From contig CAUJCN010000001.1 in the NCBI GenBank assembly GCA_963169855.1, forward strand, positions 81,828 through 145,827: a DNA stretch of 64,000 nucleotides, written 5' to 3'. This document shows positions 11,101 through 20,900 of this stretch, piece after piece. The stretch comes from Patescibacteria group bacterium. Lineage in GTDB: Bacteria; Patescibacteriota; Dojkabacteria; J137. The stretch's first letter is position 1, and every line of letters begins with the position of its first letter. The position numbers were made by a program, and so were the translations under genes. The notes beneath the pieces are model-generated. The model saw only the letters and a program-made list of their open reading frames with translations, did no database searches and was not told the origin of the DNA.

Positions 11101-14100
11101 TGCTCTGGCCAAAAGCAGAAGAATTTGCTCCAGAAGCTGTAGTATCTAATCCAAAAGCTGCTGAGTTATCTCCAACATTGAAGTTGTCCCACTGACCCAT
11201 TGTAGCGGTTCCAGCTCTAAATGCTCCTCTACCAGGAGCCCAGTACATTCTAGTTGTAGAAGAGAATACTGTAGGAACAGCCATTCCATTTAAAGTACCT
11301 TCAAATAATACGTTACTAGGATCTCCCGCGCTCATCACATGTAATTTTTCTTGTGGTGCTGCAACTCCAATTCCAAAATTTCCCTGACCTGACCACCCGA
11401 TGCTGGATCCTGCCAAAGGTACTTCTGTATTAAATAGTAATGATGCATTTGTAGCCTCCGGAGATCCTACTGCGCCTCCTAGTCTAACTCTATCGGTGGC
11501 TGCATCTACTTGTAAACCATTATCAGCTAAAACATTTAATATTGGATTTGTAAGAGTACCTGTGTCACTGAGACCATCTCCAGCTGTTATCGAAATTATT
11601 CCTGCAGATCCTGTAGATCCAATTACATGCCAATTAGCACCATCAGAAATTAAAGTTACAGCATTCATATCATCCAAAGCATATGCTCCGGAAAGACCAT
11701 CTATTGTTTCTAAGCCCATAGGATTCACTCCCGAAGTAGATCCAGATTCATTTTTTATTGTATAGATTCGTCCTGCTAACCCGCCTGCTGATGGTAAATT
11801 CGCGCTTACTGCTGGACCTGTCAACACTACTGTTTGATTTAGCTCATCTAAGTTAATGCTTCCACCAGAAGAGTCTTCGTAGTTTACAGAGAAACTTCCA
11901 TTTGTACTCAAAGTTGAATGTGGAGTAGTGTTATTAAATCCTACACCCAATCTATTGTTAAGAGTATCTACAGATATTACTGTTGCAGTATCATCCTCTT
12001 TTCTAACTTGGAAAGCATCTGTTCGATTTACGCTATTTGAAACAAATATTGGTCTTGAATTTCCAACTGTTGTTACTCCAATCTGATAATCAGTAACCCC
12101 AATTCCTGGATCAGAGAACATTAATGCAATTGGATCGATTACTCCAGTTACTGTTAAATCTCCAGTTACTTGCAATCCCTTTGTACCAGTTAAACTTCCA
12201 CTATCAAAGGTTGGTAAGAACCCATTATTCGTAATTGTTGTATTGTGTAGTAGAGTACCACCCCATTCGATAAAGTCTCCAGAGAAACTCAAACCATTTT
12301 GAATCTGAGCATCTATTATTGGATCAACTCCAGTTCCAGAATTTACTAAACCTAACCCTGCTGTAACTGAATTAACTCCACCAGCTCCAAAACAATCAAA
12401 ATATGCTGCACCGTTTTCAGAACACTGGAAACCTCCTAATGCAGAGTTGAAGTACATTCTCCCTTCTCCTAGAACAGATAATGCTGGGTCTAACGTAACA
12501 CCCATCATAGAAAGACCTGAGTTACCAGTCAATCCAGTTGTACCTTGATCAATGCTAAGCAACGCTGTAGGGGCAGTAGAAAGTATTCCAACTCTTCCAT
12601 CTCCCATAACTGTCACCAACGGAGTTGGAATTCCAAATAAATCGTTCTCTATTTGGAAGACTTCGTCACTTGCACTAAGATTTTGCTTTGTTGCGAAATA
12701 AAATGCCTGTTCTACTCCTTGTCCAATGTTTCTATCAGAAAGAAATGCCATCCCACCAAAATTACCTGCAGTATTTGTTCCAAAGTTTGTTGTGTGTATA
12801 GTTGCTGAACCCGGCGATGCAAACCCTTGATTTAAAGAAGTATAATTTGCACCTGCTCCCAAAGTTCCTGTTGTTGATGTGATATTTAGACTTCCAGGGC
12901 CAAGTTCTAAGGAAGCCCATCTATTAGTTAGTGTTCCTAAATCAAATGTATTATCTACCTCAGGATCGAATCCTGTTGCAGTTATTCTTGCAATACTTAC
13001 AGCATTCCTAATAAATGTTTGATCAAAATTATCTAAAGTACCTAAAACACCGCTTGTACCAAATGAATTTCCATCCTGACAGAAAAAATCACCTGTAGGA
13101 TCACACGGAAGATTAGCTAAACTTGAGTTTACAGGATTACCACCTGCATCAAATCCAAGTAAGTTAGAAATCACCCCAACTGGAACTCCCACATTTGAAG
13201 AAACGCCGTTAACATTAGATGTAAATCCACCAGCAAGATTCAGGGAGAATACATTACTGTTTATTATAGTAGCAGTGTCCGATACACCATTAACTGTTGA
13301 AGTCATTGTGTTACCTAATGAGTCGAGAACATTTGTCGTTGCTCCAGATAGAAATGTACTCGCGTCCTTACTTAATAAGTTTCCTGCCGCATCAGTATAA
13401 AGAATATTAAGTACAGCCGGTGCATCATCTCTTGTATTTGGATAGCTACTCATTAAAATATTTCCATTGCCGAAAATTGTGAACCTATCAACACCACCAT
13501 TGTTTGCTGTAAAAATAGAAGTACCTATTGCAGTCTCGTTCCTTACTAACAATCCATTAGCACCTACGCCAGGTGTTCCGTTGTGGAATGTAGCAGTATA
13601 CCCTGGTGTGATTGGACCACCGATCTGCCAGAAAATTCCTACAGGATGTTGACCAACTCCACCTTGATCAGTAATACTACCTGATGCATTCGAAAGTAAA
13701 GTTGCGGGATTGTTGCTACCTATTCCAACATTTCCTCCAGCCATAACTCTCAATCTTTCTAGACCATTTGTTTCCAAAACCAAATCGTTGTTATCATTTG
13801 TTCCTAACGTACCCGTTGTACCAAAAAGGTTACCATCCTGACAGAAGAATGAACTAGTAGCAACGCAAGGAAGAGTAGAAAGATCAACAGTGTTGCTGGT
13901 TACACCATTAACAACACTCTCTAGATTTGAACCTACAAGATTTAAAACATTTGTATTTATTATGTCATCGAAACTTACAACACCATTCACTGTGCTTGTT
14001 GCAACATTCCCTGCTGTTGTGAATACATTAGTAGTATTTCCAGTTAAAATTGAAGCAATTGTTTCATTAACTGCTACTCCACCTGCATCAAAACCCAGAA

Positions 14101-15757
14101 CATTAACAATAGTTCCTCCTGCAATTGGTTGATTATCACTAACTCCGTTAACATCTGTCGTGAAGCCTGTTGCAAGATCCAAGTTAAAGTTAACTGAGTT
14201 AATAATATTTGCTGTATCTGAAATTCCGTTTACAGTTGAAGTCATTACATTACCTAGTGAGTCTAAAACATTAGTAGTTGCTCCACTTAGTACAGTAGCA
14301 ACTGACTGATTCGCTGGATTACCTCCTGCGTCATAACCTAGAAGATTAACAATTGTTCCTGCAGGAGTTGCTACAGTATCTGCCACGCCATTCACTGTTG
14401 AAGTGATTCCTCCAGCTTGAGTCCAAGTTAATGTATTAGTTGTATTTGCTGCCAAAATGCTACCAATTGTTTGATTTACACCATTTCCACCAGCATCGAA
14501 TCCAAACACATCAGTGATTGTTCCTGCTGGTATTGCCTGTGAAGATGCTATTCCATTTACTGTTGAAGTAAATCCTGTTGCTAAATCTACAGTTAAAACA
14601 TTTGAATTTATTATGTCGTCAAAACTTACAACACCATTTACTGTGCTTGTTGCAACATTTCCTGCTGTTGTAAAAACATTAGTAGTTGCTCCAGTTAAAA
14701 TTGAAGAAACTGTTTGATATGCTGGATTACCCAATGTATCGAAACCTAGTAGTTCAGTCAAAGTTCCTGCAGCTAAAGCTTCATTAGCAGCAACGCCATT
14801 TACTGTTGATGTAAATCCTGTAGTTCTATCAAGATTAAAAAGGTTTGTTAAGGGTAGAGCAGAGGTGTCAGTACAAGCCCAACTTACTCCGTTAAACATG
14901 TATACCTGATCTAAGGCACAGGCAGTTAGGCCATATGTGACTGTGTTTCCAGCTGTTGCAACTGAAATCGGACCAGTTGAAGCAAGGGTTATTGAAGGAC
15001 CAGTTTCACCATTAACATCTGTAATTCCTGCGCCTACAGCTGCTGGTAAACAAACAAATGCTGTTCCGTTCCAAGAAAGTCTTTCTGTTGGTAGACAGGT
15101 AGGAGCATTTACAGAAACTGTCCCTGTAGTTGTAATTGGGCCTCCAGTCAGACCGTTTCCAGTATTTATAAGTGTAACTCCTGTAGGTAAAGATACCGAG
15201 TTTCCGTTAGAAATCGATAGAATATTCCCAGCCAAACCTAATGTTTGGCTATCATTATCAACTCCACTCCCAGATCCTACTAAATCAGGTAAACAAACAA
15301 ATGCTGTTCCTGTCCATGATAACTTTTCATTGAAAGTACAGGCTGGAGAATCCACAGAAAATTGATTTGTTGTTAATTCTAGACCTTCACCTGATGTATA
15401 CGTATTGGATCCTCCTGTTCCTTCTGTGGAACATTCCCAAGTATTAGTAACTCCACTCCACCTTAATATTTCGTTAGTAGAACATACTTTGTTAAAACTA
15501 ACTGTATAACCGTTATTAACCTGATTAACTGTAATTAAATCTCCTCCTTGAACAGGTGATGAATTTCCGCCTGGATTTACTGTGGTATTACCAGTTGAAA
15601 ATGCTCCCCATCCTAAGAGAAGTATAAGGATAATAATTAAGACAAGGGTTACAACATACCAATTTCGTAGGAGTTTAAAGCGGTCGAGAGATACAAGTTC
15701 ATAAACACTGAACTTCTGCTTAGTAGGTTTTGTTACAGAATCATCTGAATGGTCCAT
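5159..15757 (-). CDS. Giant membrane-anchored tail-fibre/adhesin-like protein (3532 aa): N-terminal TM, TSTVNGV repeats, YadA-head-like repeats, Peptidase_S74-like chaperone, coiled coil, C-terminal beta domain
   Basis: TM at aa ~33-50; many 14-residue (S/A)TAFGxxTxAxG repeats; SSERYKSNI...LRPV...GFIAEEV...VNY motif; heptad stretch; V.FS.PF...PVVT...FNW C-terminus. Confidence 0.85.
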   Translation of the reverse strand: MDHSDDSVTKPTKQKFSVYELVSLDRFKLLRNWYVVTLVLIIILILLLGWGAFSTGNTTVNPGGNSSPVQGGDLITVNQVNNGYTVSFNKVCSTNEILRWSGVTNTWECSTEGTGGSNTYTSGEGLELTTNQFSVDSPACTFNEKLSWTGTAFVCLPDLVGSGSGVDNDSQTLGLAGNILSISNGNSVSLPTGVTLINTGNGLTGGPITTTGTVSVNAPTCLPTERLSWNGTAFVCLPAAVGAGITDVNGETGPSITLASTGPISVATAGNTVTYGLTACALDQVYMFNGVSWACTDTSALPLTNLFNLDRTTGFTSTVNGVAANEALAAGTLTELLGFDTLGNPAYQTVSSILTGATTNVFTTAGNVATSTVNGVVSFDDIINSNVLTVDLATGFTSTVNGIASSQAIPAGTITDVFGFDAGGNGVNQTIGSILAANTTNTLTWTQAGGITSTVNGVADTVATPAGTIVNLLGYDAGGNPANQSVATVLSGATTNVLDSLGNVMTSTVNGISDTANIINSVNFNLDLATGFTTDVNGVSDNQPIAGGTIVNVLGFDAGGVAVNETIASILTGNTTNVFTTAGNVATSTVNGVVSFDDIINTNVLNLVGSNLESVVNGVTSNTVDLSTLPCVATSSFFCQDGNLFGTTGTLGTNDNNDLVLETNGLERLRVMAGGNVGIGSNNPATLLSNASGSITDQGGVGQHPVGIFWQIGGPITPGYTATFHNGTPGVGANGLLVRNETAIGTSIFTANNGGVDRFTIFGNGNILMSSYPNTRDDAPAVLNILYTDAAGNLLSKDASTFLSGATTNVLDSLGNTMTSTVNGVSDTATIINSNVFSLNLAGGFTSNVNGVSSNVGVPVGVISNLLGFDAGGNPVNSSLANLPCDPTGDFFCQDGNSFGTSGVLGTLDNFDQTFIRNAVSIARITATGFDPEVDNTFDLGTLTNRWASLELGPGSLNITSTTGTLGAGANYTSLNQGFASPGSATIHTTNFGTNTAGNFGGMAFLSDRNIGQGVEQAFYFATKQNLSASDEVFQIENDLFGIPTPLVTVMGDGRVGILSTAPTALLSIDQGTTGLTGNSGLSMMGVTLDPALSVLGEGRMYFNSALGGFQCSENGAAYFDCFGAGGVNSVTAGLGLVNSGTGVDPIIDAQIQNGLSFSGDFIEWGGTLLHNTTITNNGFLPTFDSGSLTGTKGLQVTGDLTVTGVIDPIALMFSDPGIGVTDYQIGVTTVGNSRPIFVSNSVNRTDAFQVRKEDDTATVISVDTLNNRLGVGFNNTTPHSTLSTNGSFSVNYEDSSGGSINLDELNQTVVLTGPAVSANLPSAGGLAGRIYTIKNESGSTSGVNPMGLETIDGLSGAYALDDMNAVTLISDGANWHVIGSTGSAGIISITAGDGLSDTGTLTNPILNVLADNGLQVDAATDRVRLGGAVGSPEATNASLLFNTEVPLAGSSIGWSGQGNFGIGVAAPQEKLHVMSAGDPSNVLFEGTLNGMAVPTVFSSTTRMYWAPGRGAFRAGTATMGQWDNFNVGDNSAAFGLDTTASGANSSAFGQSTSATAAGASAFGVNTTASGINSAAFGFNTQATNQGATAFGQNTQANGMNSIAAGNGTFAFGTNSIAFGQSSAVDMSSENTIAGGNTNVAIGASSNSALFGQSNNLNGASAAIVAGVGNTVSGATSFTIGEANTSTGQRGIVFGQNNTTVPTTNNSIVGGQGNNNVDAENSAVFGVTQTVSGQRVVVGGQFNQVNFSNDVAVFGQGNQVQNQGSITGGQANQNFSNFSLVGGMMNQVSGLQHFAAGQQNQIMMGSENAATWGFSNEVVNSYGTAFGNNNISSGTGATAFGQNTTAQGEYSTSFGQGNTASGNNSLAFGQNTQATSFGATSFGNNTQANGPFSVAAGTDNITGSISSIVYGSSNNIDMGSDSTLVGGNLNQSQTSVNSILSGQGNTMTGSNRSLGIGQGNSITGTDSITTGNTNTNGGQNSIVFGSSNTLMPFGVNTILGGSNNNNIGVNDGAIFGFNQMAAGARIVAGGQSHQIFGADDSAVFGQANQVTGQASLVSGSSNTVPAFYSLVGGSGNNIQGSTNFGAGNMNNINFNASSAGVWGFSNDVSADYATAFGNNNNATGIGSTSFGNTTSAFGSYATSLGVGTSAQGDGAIALGEGTIASGQNSFAGGFTSTASDREAFAFGQNAQASGTMSVAFGLQNISSGTASFVGGNNSQAMGDSSFAYGNVVQANANFATAFGNGATANGFSSIAMGSQVTAGGTVSIAMGDGATASGERAVAFGESTESQGFAQTTIGRFNTVSGNSLAFDQSDQAFIIGNGTSDFARNNAFSVGWDAKMTLYGGFAPAVSPFGAGSMYFDTLSNTFQCSENNGAWFSCFGGGSLVGGDGIDITGSTISALADNGLQVDPVADRIRLGGAVGSPEATNASLLFDTEVPLAGNSIGWSGIGNFGIGVADPQEKLHIISNGDPTNVLFEGNLSGDPVPAVFSSTTRMYWAPGRSAFRAGTANGFQWGDANVGDYSTAFGLDTTASGTGSMSWGQQNEATGQNSTAWGTGSFAQDINATAWGNTTVASGPGATSFGTQTQAQATNSIAFGFGTVANGDQSTSWGEDTLSSGISATAFGTQTQALGDNGTAFGQNSIVGFGSTNSTAFGTATEAGTSAPGVENALAFGNQTQAQDDQATAFGNQTSAQGLNSTAFGFSTQALNDNSTAFGDDTLAQGIGSTAFGFTTQALGEYATAFGRISNVGVNSLASTAFGTDTSAGVMTMNVANALAFGNQTQAEANQATAFGNQSQAYGINSTAFGLLTQSQGDQSTAWGENSVAQGTNSTAFGFTSEALGDTSTAFGRFTTVGSQSFASTAWGTSTLAGFFTANVDNATAFGFDTRAEADQATSFGYQTSASGDNSLAFGRGTQSMAEQSTAFGFQTVAQGTNSTAFGNGAQAIGSNNTAFGNLTQTRGLNSMAWGDQTNVDPGAVFENGTAFGANTLANASQATAFGLGNVADGQNSTTWGESNVASGVNSTVFGDENVVAPSATLSTAWGSQNIVTGMGNTVWGLQNVGTGPGATVFGIGNITGSGTDTTLSSFVSDTYVQTIMGSYAIRNGANASQTYTEAITDNEQIFIIGNGEDDLTRSTAFYVTWNGDVFFERELRANGNAGNIGDVLLSGGAGGAANWTDSEFTFWMLDGNQTDGLGGNYTLGTTVNNGIDFTTNLVARMSLNANGELDVSQLTNGGASTSYVCTDASGVIVVQAGVCNVSSERYKSNISDLNNGLDTVMGLRPVQFTKNSDGSRSLGFIAEEVNVVDPRLAFSRDGRIEGVNYELMSAILTDAVQTQEGRLQNVEVQVNENEGRVDAVEASLNTLSAVPTDLQGIRSTILDLQNTNVSIQQTINNIQSSLTIFQTHEARLVDVETRLASLEGTVSLLQGGSASIDLSNLSVGNLIASGNVRVLGKLNVSEDTAGVATIETGLTFVTVTFSTPFNTVPVVTASPIGRRVDYYVGNITETSFDIILDAALEVPVEFNWISLGR
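6560..11170 (-). repeat. Two long tracts of YadA-head-like 14-aa repeats (about 6560-8190 and 8900-11170) in the giant protein
   Basis: Recurrent STAFG/STAWG/ATAFG-xx-T-x-A-x-G; recurring CCAAATGC on the + strand; boundaries approximate. Confidence 0.85.
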
Positions 15758-15911
15758 TCAACCAAAGTAAAACTAGCAATAGTGCAATTATTATATTTAG
15801 CAATATGATCGTAAATTTCCAGCCTTTTGATTCTTTCTTTTCAACATCAATTTGGACTTTGTCCGATGTTTTTTTGTCCGAATCCTTTTCTACAAGTGTA
15901 ATTTCCTGCAC
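15741..15911 (-). CDS. Unannotated 56-aa single-pass membrane microprotein overlapping the start of the 3532-aa gene
   Basis: GTG start; (M)QEITLVEKDSDKKTSDKVQIDVEKKESKGWKFTIILLNIIIALLLVLLWLNGPFR*; AAT GGA overlaps the downstream ATG; same architecture as 23268..23396 and 27380..27517. Confidence 0.7.
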   Translation of the reverse strand: MQEITLVEKDSDKKTSDKVQIDVEKKESKGWKFTIILLNIIIALLLVLLWLNGPFR

Positions 15912-15966
15912 ATTTGAGCGTTAACTCTATACAGCATATACAAATTTTAAAACGAAATCAATAGTT

Positions 15967-16398
15967 TTATTCTGCGTCTCTGATTGCCGATAAAACCTTT
16001 GAGCTAGGGCTTAAATCTTCTATAAATAAGACTTTACTAAGATTTATGTCCATTCGATTTGAAGGTCCGTGAAGTTCGTCTCCCAACTTAATCAAATTGA
16101 TATCTGATGATGTAGATTCCGACTGATTAGAAAGATAGTAAACGTTTTTTAGAACTATGAAGTTTAAATCTGAAGAACCTTTATCTATTTTGCCGAAATA
16201 CACCTGCCCATTTTCTAGGAAAACTGCTTGGTATTCTGATTCGATTTTTAAATCTAAATTTTGGGAGCTATCTCTGTTTAAAAATAAAATTACTGAAAGT
16301 AAAATTGCTACAACACTAAGTCCTATTGCAATAACAGCTTTACTTTGGTCGACTCTCACTTCCTTTTTAATTTCAGTTTTTGAATTTAACGACAACAT
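15967..16398 (-). CDS. Conserved hypothetical single-pass membrane protein
   Basis: N-terminal TM then YQAVFLENGQVYFGK...VYYL...LIKLGDELHGP..M.IN..KVLFIE, a pattern recalled from CPR hypothetical proteins. Confidence 0.75.
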   Translation of the reverse strand: MLSLNSKTEIKKEVRVDQSKAVIAIGLSVVAILLSVILFLNRDSSQNLDLKIESEYQAVFLENGQVYFGKIDKGSSDLNFIVLKNVYYLSNQSESTSSDINLIKLGDELHGPSNRMDINLSKVLFIEDLSPSSKVLSAIRDAE

Positions 16399-16442
16399 TT
16401 GGGTTTATTAACTAAGTTCAGTTTACCAACAAATTCCTTAGT

Positions 16443-17123
16443 TTAAAACATGGTAAATGGAGAATAGAGAGAGAACACTAAACTATCGTCTTCAGGATCT
16501 TGCGATACTTTAAATAACGGATTAGCTACTATAGAAGTCATTTGATTTGTGATGTTCCAAAACTTTTCCAACTCTTCTCGTTTCAAAACACCTACATTTA
16601 CTCTAACATGCTGTGATCTGGGTAAATCCACTGATGATGAATGTCTGTCCGCAGGGTTGCAAGAATTAAAGTATATATACAAAAGTTTTTTGAGAATTTC
16701 ACTTATTTGAATAGGTATATCTTCAAAAAGATATTGAGATTTATCAATTCCATAGAAGACAGATTTTTTTGTACCTCTTGGATTAAAAGGTTCTGGTAGT
16801 ACAAATAAAAAAGGTATGCATATCTCATCGATTTCAAATTCTATAACGCATACTCTAATTGACCTCATCTGACCCTCTATGCTTATCTGAACCGTAGGGA
16901 CGAAATAAGAAAGATAATCATATTCATAAAATAATTTTTGGATAAAATCAGAAGGAAGGCCATCTTCGCTAAAAACAGACTGATCCTTCAGTTGAATATA
17001 GATAGTAGCTTTTGTTCTGTCAATTTCTAGCTTCCCCAAAGAATTTTCATGCGTGAATCTTACTCCTTTTGGATCAGTACTCGGCAGAATAAATCGATTA
17101 TAAGTTGTTTCTTCAGTTCCCAT
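16443..17123 (-). CDS. Hypothetical protein
   Basis: 226-aa ORF with TATAAT 8 nt upstream of the ATG. Confidence 0.6.
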   Translation of the reverse strand: MGTEETTYNRFILPSTDPKGVRFTHENSLGKLEIDRTKATIYIQLKDQSVFSEDGLPSDFIQKLFYEYDYLSYFVPTVQISIEGQMRSIRVCVIEFEIDEICIPFLFVLPEPFNPRGTKKSVFYGIDKSQYLFEDIPIQISEILKKLLYIYFNSCNPADRHSSSVDLPRSQHVRVNVGVLKREELEKFWNITNQMTSIVANPLFKVSQDPEDDSLVFSLYSPFTMF

Positions 17124-17163
17124 GTCGGTAGATTATATTACACCAATCCCCATTTACGCCATG

Positions 17164-17197
17164 AAAAACCCACCTGTGCCGAAGCTTTGGTGGGTTT
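17164..17197 (-). terminator. Rho-independent terminator after the 244-aa gene
   Basis: AAACCCACC...GGTGGGTTT stem; ends in a T tract on the minus strand. Confidence 0.7.
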
Positions 17198-17216
17198 AAC
17201 ATTTTTATTCAACAAA

Positions 17217-17951
17217 TTAGTTGATACTAGTAGAATAACTTCCGCTAGATACAATTGCATTAGTTGATGGTCTGTAGATAATAATCAAAGACTTGCTTGC
17301 ATATGTACCAACAACATCTCCAGTTTGTAGATTTGCATAGAATGCTGCAGATCCGCTACTTTGTCTGAACAAATCAGCATCTGTTACCAATGAAACTTGA
17401 GGAACTTCGTCTTCATCTTGAGCAATTAATCCAGCTTCTTTTGACTTAGCAACAAACTGGTTTAAGATCGCCTGTTGAGATTTCTGAAGTAGAGTAGTTG
17501 GATTATCTCCATCATAAATAACTCTGTCTTCTCCTCCTCTATAAATTACCAATTTTGTTGAGTAAGCTAAAACATGGTCTCCATTCTGAGCATCTTTGTA
17601 AACTACTGCATTTGCTTCACTCTGTGATTTCAAATCTTCCACATTTGGTAAACTTCCATCTCCAATCACTGCCATTACAGGAATTTCTGTAGGTGGAACT
17701 TGCGTTAAACTTCCAACTCTATTTATTACTTTGACAGCATTAAACTGACTAAGTAAATTAATTGGGTTCACAATTACGAATAATGTTACAAGCTGTAATA
17801 CTACAATCGCAGCAAGTAAAAATTTCATATTGTATAAACTTTTTAAAATAGATAAACCCCCTCTTGATGAACCACCTGCAGAACTAGTAGTTGGCCTAGG
17901 TGCAGCGGGAGTAGACTTATCTAAGTTTAGTTTGACTGATCTTCCATTCAT
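17217..17951 (-). CDS. Single-pass membrane protein with two tandem copies of a small extracellular domain
   Basis: TM at aa ~43-62; E.P.(M/V)...(V/F)Y...Q.GD.V..Y.....IYR appears twice. Confidence 0.75.
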   Translation of the reverse strand: MNGRSVKLNLDKSTPAAPRPTTSSAGGSSRGGLSILKSLYNMKFLLAAIVVLQLVTLFVIVNPINLLSQFNAVKVINRVGSLTQVPPTEIPVMAVIGDGSLPNVEDLKSQSEANAVVYKDAQNGDHVLAYSTKLVIYRGGEDRVIYDGDNPTTLLQKSQQAILNQFVAKSKEAGLIAQDEDEVPQVSLVTDADLFRQSSGSAAFYANLQTGDVVGTYASKSLIIIYRPSTNAIVSSGSYSTSIN

Positions 17952-17992
17952 ACGATTAAATTAATATTCATAGTTTCCTATGAGTTGGATTA

Positions 17993-20900
17993 CTATAAAG
18001 CTATCCAGTTAAATAAAATATCCGATGTTGATACTGGTTGTATTACAATATCAAAACCATTTTGATTTACATTTTCTATTCCATAGTATACAGCATTTAT
18101 TCCAACAGGTGTAATAGTTACTGATGGAATTTTTGTTAATGGAGTAGAGAAGTTTACACGAATTGAATTGTTGCCTCCCGCAATAGTAGCATTTCCACTT
18201 AGTGCCACCGGAATAGATTGAATCAGGTTTTCTAAATCGGAAATCCTTTGGTTTATTGCGGTTATATCAAATGAATTTGTTGCGAGTGAATCAATATCAT
18301 TTTTTATATTTGTTAGTGATGTATTCAAATCAGATGCCATAGTTTGTAACTCAGAAACATCAGTTCCGTCTAATTGTGTTTTTAGTTGATCGATCTCAGC
18401 TTGAATTCTAATATTATCTTCATTTAATTCTTGAATTGCTTTAACCAAGTAAGGGGTAAATCCGTTTACTTTAATTTGAAGATATCCGTCAGCTCCTACT
18501 TTAACTAAATCAGGTACAACCGATTGAACTTCTTGAGCAATAAATCCTAACTTCAATTCGTTCGAAGGATCGTTGTTCATATAGTAATTTCGCACCTGCA
18601 ATTGCGATATTGTGTCTAAAGCCGAAGTAGAGTAGTCAGAAATAGTATTTTTCAATCTCGAGTCCGAAGTACATCCAAATGAACCAAAAGCACCATCTGG
18701 TGCCACGGTACAAGTACCCGAACTATTTTCAAAAGTAGCTACTGTGGATAAAGCAGGGTCTAGGAAATCTCCAACATGTAATTGACTTGTAGGCGACACA
18801 TTATGTATACCAACGTTCCCATTTATTCCGTTAACAAACACATGTACAGTATTATTTGTACCCAAAGTTAATGGATATGTAGCCATGGTGTTTACATTAA
18901 ACGACTCAGTTCCTCCAAGCGATCCGTTTAAAGTAGAGTTTGCTTGAATAAAACCAATTCCTGCATTGTTATTTGAGAACATCATCGATGAGGCCGCGTT
19001 TAGTCCTGAATTGTTGTTTCTAAATTCTACAAACCCTTGCGCATCTACATCTTGCTCAACTACAAACATATAGTTTGGTCCTGAAGTTCCTATTCCTACA
19101 TTTCCATTATTTGCTATTCGCATTCTTTCTTGTCCATTTGTGAAGAATACTGTAGAAAACGCAGCAGAACCAAGTGTTAAGCTGCCTGCAGAATCGATAG
19201 TTATGTCGTTATTAGTAGTGATCAGCGATGCGTAATCTCGTGCGTTTAAAAACAAGTTTCCTGAAAGTGTGTTTACTGAAAGATCTCCGTTAGAATTAAG
19301 TTCGTTATTTATTGTGCCCGTAAAGTCTAACATGCTACGGCCAACGTCTGTCCACAAATCAAAGCCAGCCGATGTGGCATTGTCGTGAATATTTAGAGCG
19401 ACTACAGGTCCACCAGTTACAGTTTGAATTCTCACGGCTCCTGAATCTGCTAAAATTGTTCTTCCAACACCTGGTCCTCCAAAATCGTATGAATCATCCA
19501 AAGTTCCACCGCCAATTCCTAACCATCCATTCGTTGAAAAATCCTGTGTCTTCACATACAAATGTTCTCTATTTGTTACACCATCAATTCTAAAAAACAA
19601 ACTTCCGCTATTTGCCAAATGAACACCCTCTGGGTCTCCAATTCCAACTAGCTGATCTATGGTATTGGCACCTGTTCCAGATAACCTGAGTGTTCCTGGT
19701 CCAGATGTATTTGTAACATTCATTATTGAAGAACCTGCACTAGATCCTATTACAAATGTATTGACACCTTGTTGTCTGAATATCGTACCAGTATCGTTAG
19801 AAAGCAATATCTCATCGGTTACTCCTTGGTATGTAAGGTTAGCAAAGTTTGTATTAGGCATATCTAGAAATCTTATTCCACCACCGTTTGGTGAAGTAAT
19901 TAATTCAAAACCCGAGCCATTAGTATTGTACCCTTGAATAATGTTTTGATTACTCACAATATTTTGAGTTGACACAAGTAGAGCTTCATTTACACCATTA
20001 ATTTCTACAGCTCCAGAATCAACAGTTATTATTCTACCTGCACCAGGTCCACCAAAATCGTATGCATCATCTAAAGTTCCTCCTGCTCCAGCACCGAGAG
20101 CCACCCACCCATTAACACTTGCATCTGTTGTTTTTACGTATAGTTGTTGACTGCCTCCAACTCCATCCATTCGAAAGAATACACTTCCGCTATTCGCAAG
20201 GATGCCTCCTTCTGGATCTCCCGTACCAATTAACTGATCTACAAAAGCAGCACCTCCTGTAGTTCCTAATCTTAAAATCGTAGGATAAAATGGCCCATTA
20301 CTATTAATTGTTAGAACAGGATCGTTCGCCAAGCCAGCCGTTGACTGTATTATTGTACTATTGCCAGTCATTCTAAAAACGTTATTAGCCTGATTTGTTA
20401 TAGAGAAGTTATCAAAAGAACCATCGTATACGGTTCGAGCGACGTTAGCTCCAAAACTATCAGAGAACCATAGACCTCCGCCGTTTACGTAGGTTTGCAA
20501 AGCAAATCCGGATCCATTTGGGTTTGAAGCTGTAAAAATGTCTTGATTACTAGCATTGTTTTGCGTTGTTGCGTGTATAGCATTTGATGTTGCATTAAGC
20601 TCAACAACTCCCGAATCTACATCAATAATTCTCCCTGCCCCTGCGCCTCCAAAATCGTATGCATCATCCAGAGTTCCTCCAGATCCTCCTGAACCCAACG
20701 CTACCCAACCGGTATTGAAGCCATTATTTGTAGTTTTTACATACAGTTGTTCGTTCGCCCCACCATCAGTTCGCATGTAAATACTTCCTTGGTAACCAAA
20801 TAGAACATTTTCTGGTGTACCAGCACCAGAATAGATCTCAGTTGTACCACCATTATTATTGAAGTTCATAAAGGAATTTTGAGTTTGACCAGCATTTGTA

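Noticed and set aside
15730-15924. 64-aa + strand ORF in the ORF track
   Set aside because: It is antisense to the better-supported minus-strand microprotein 15741..15911
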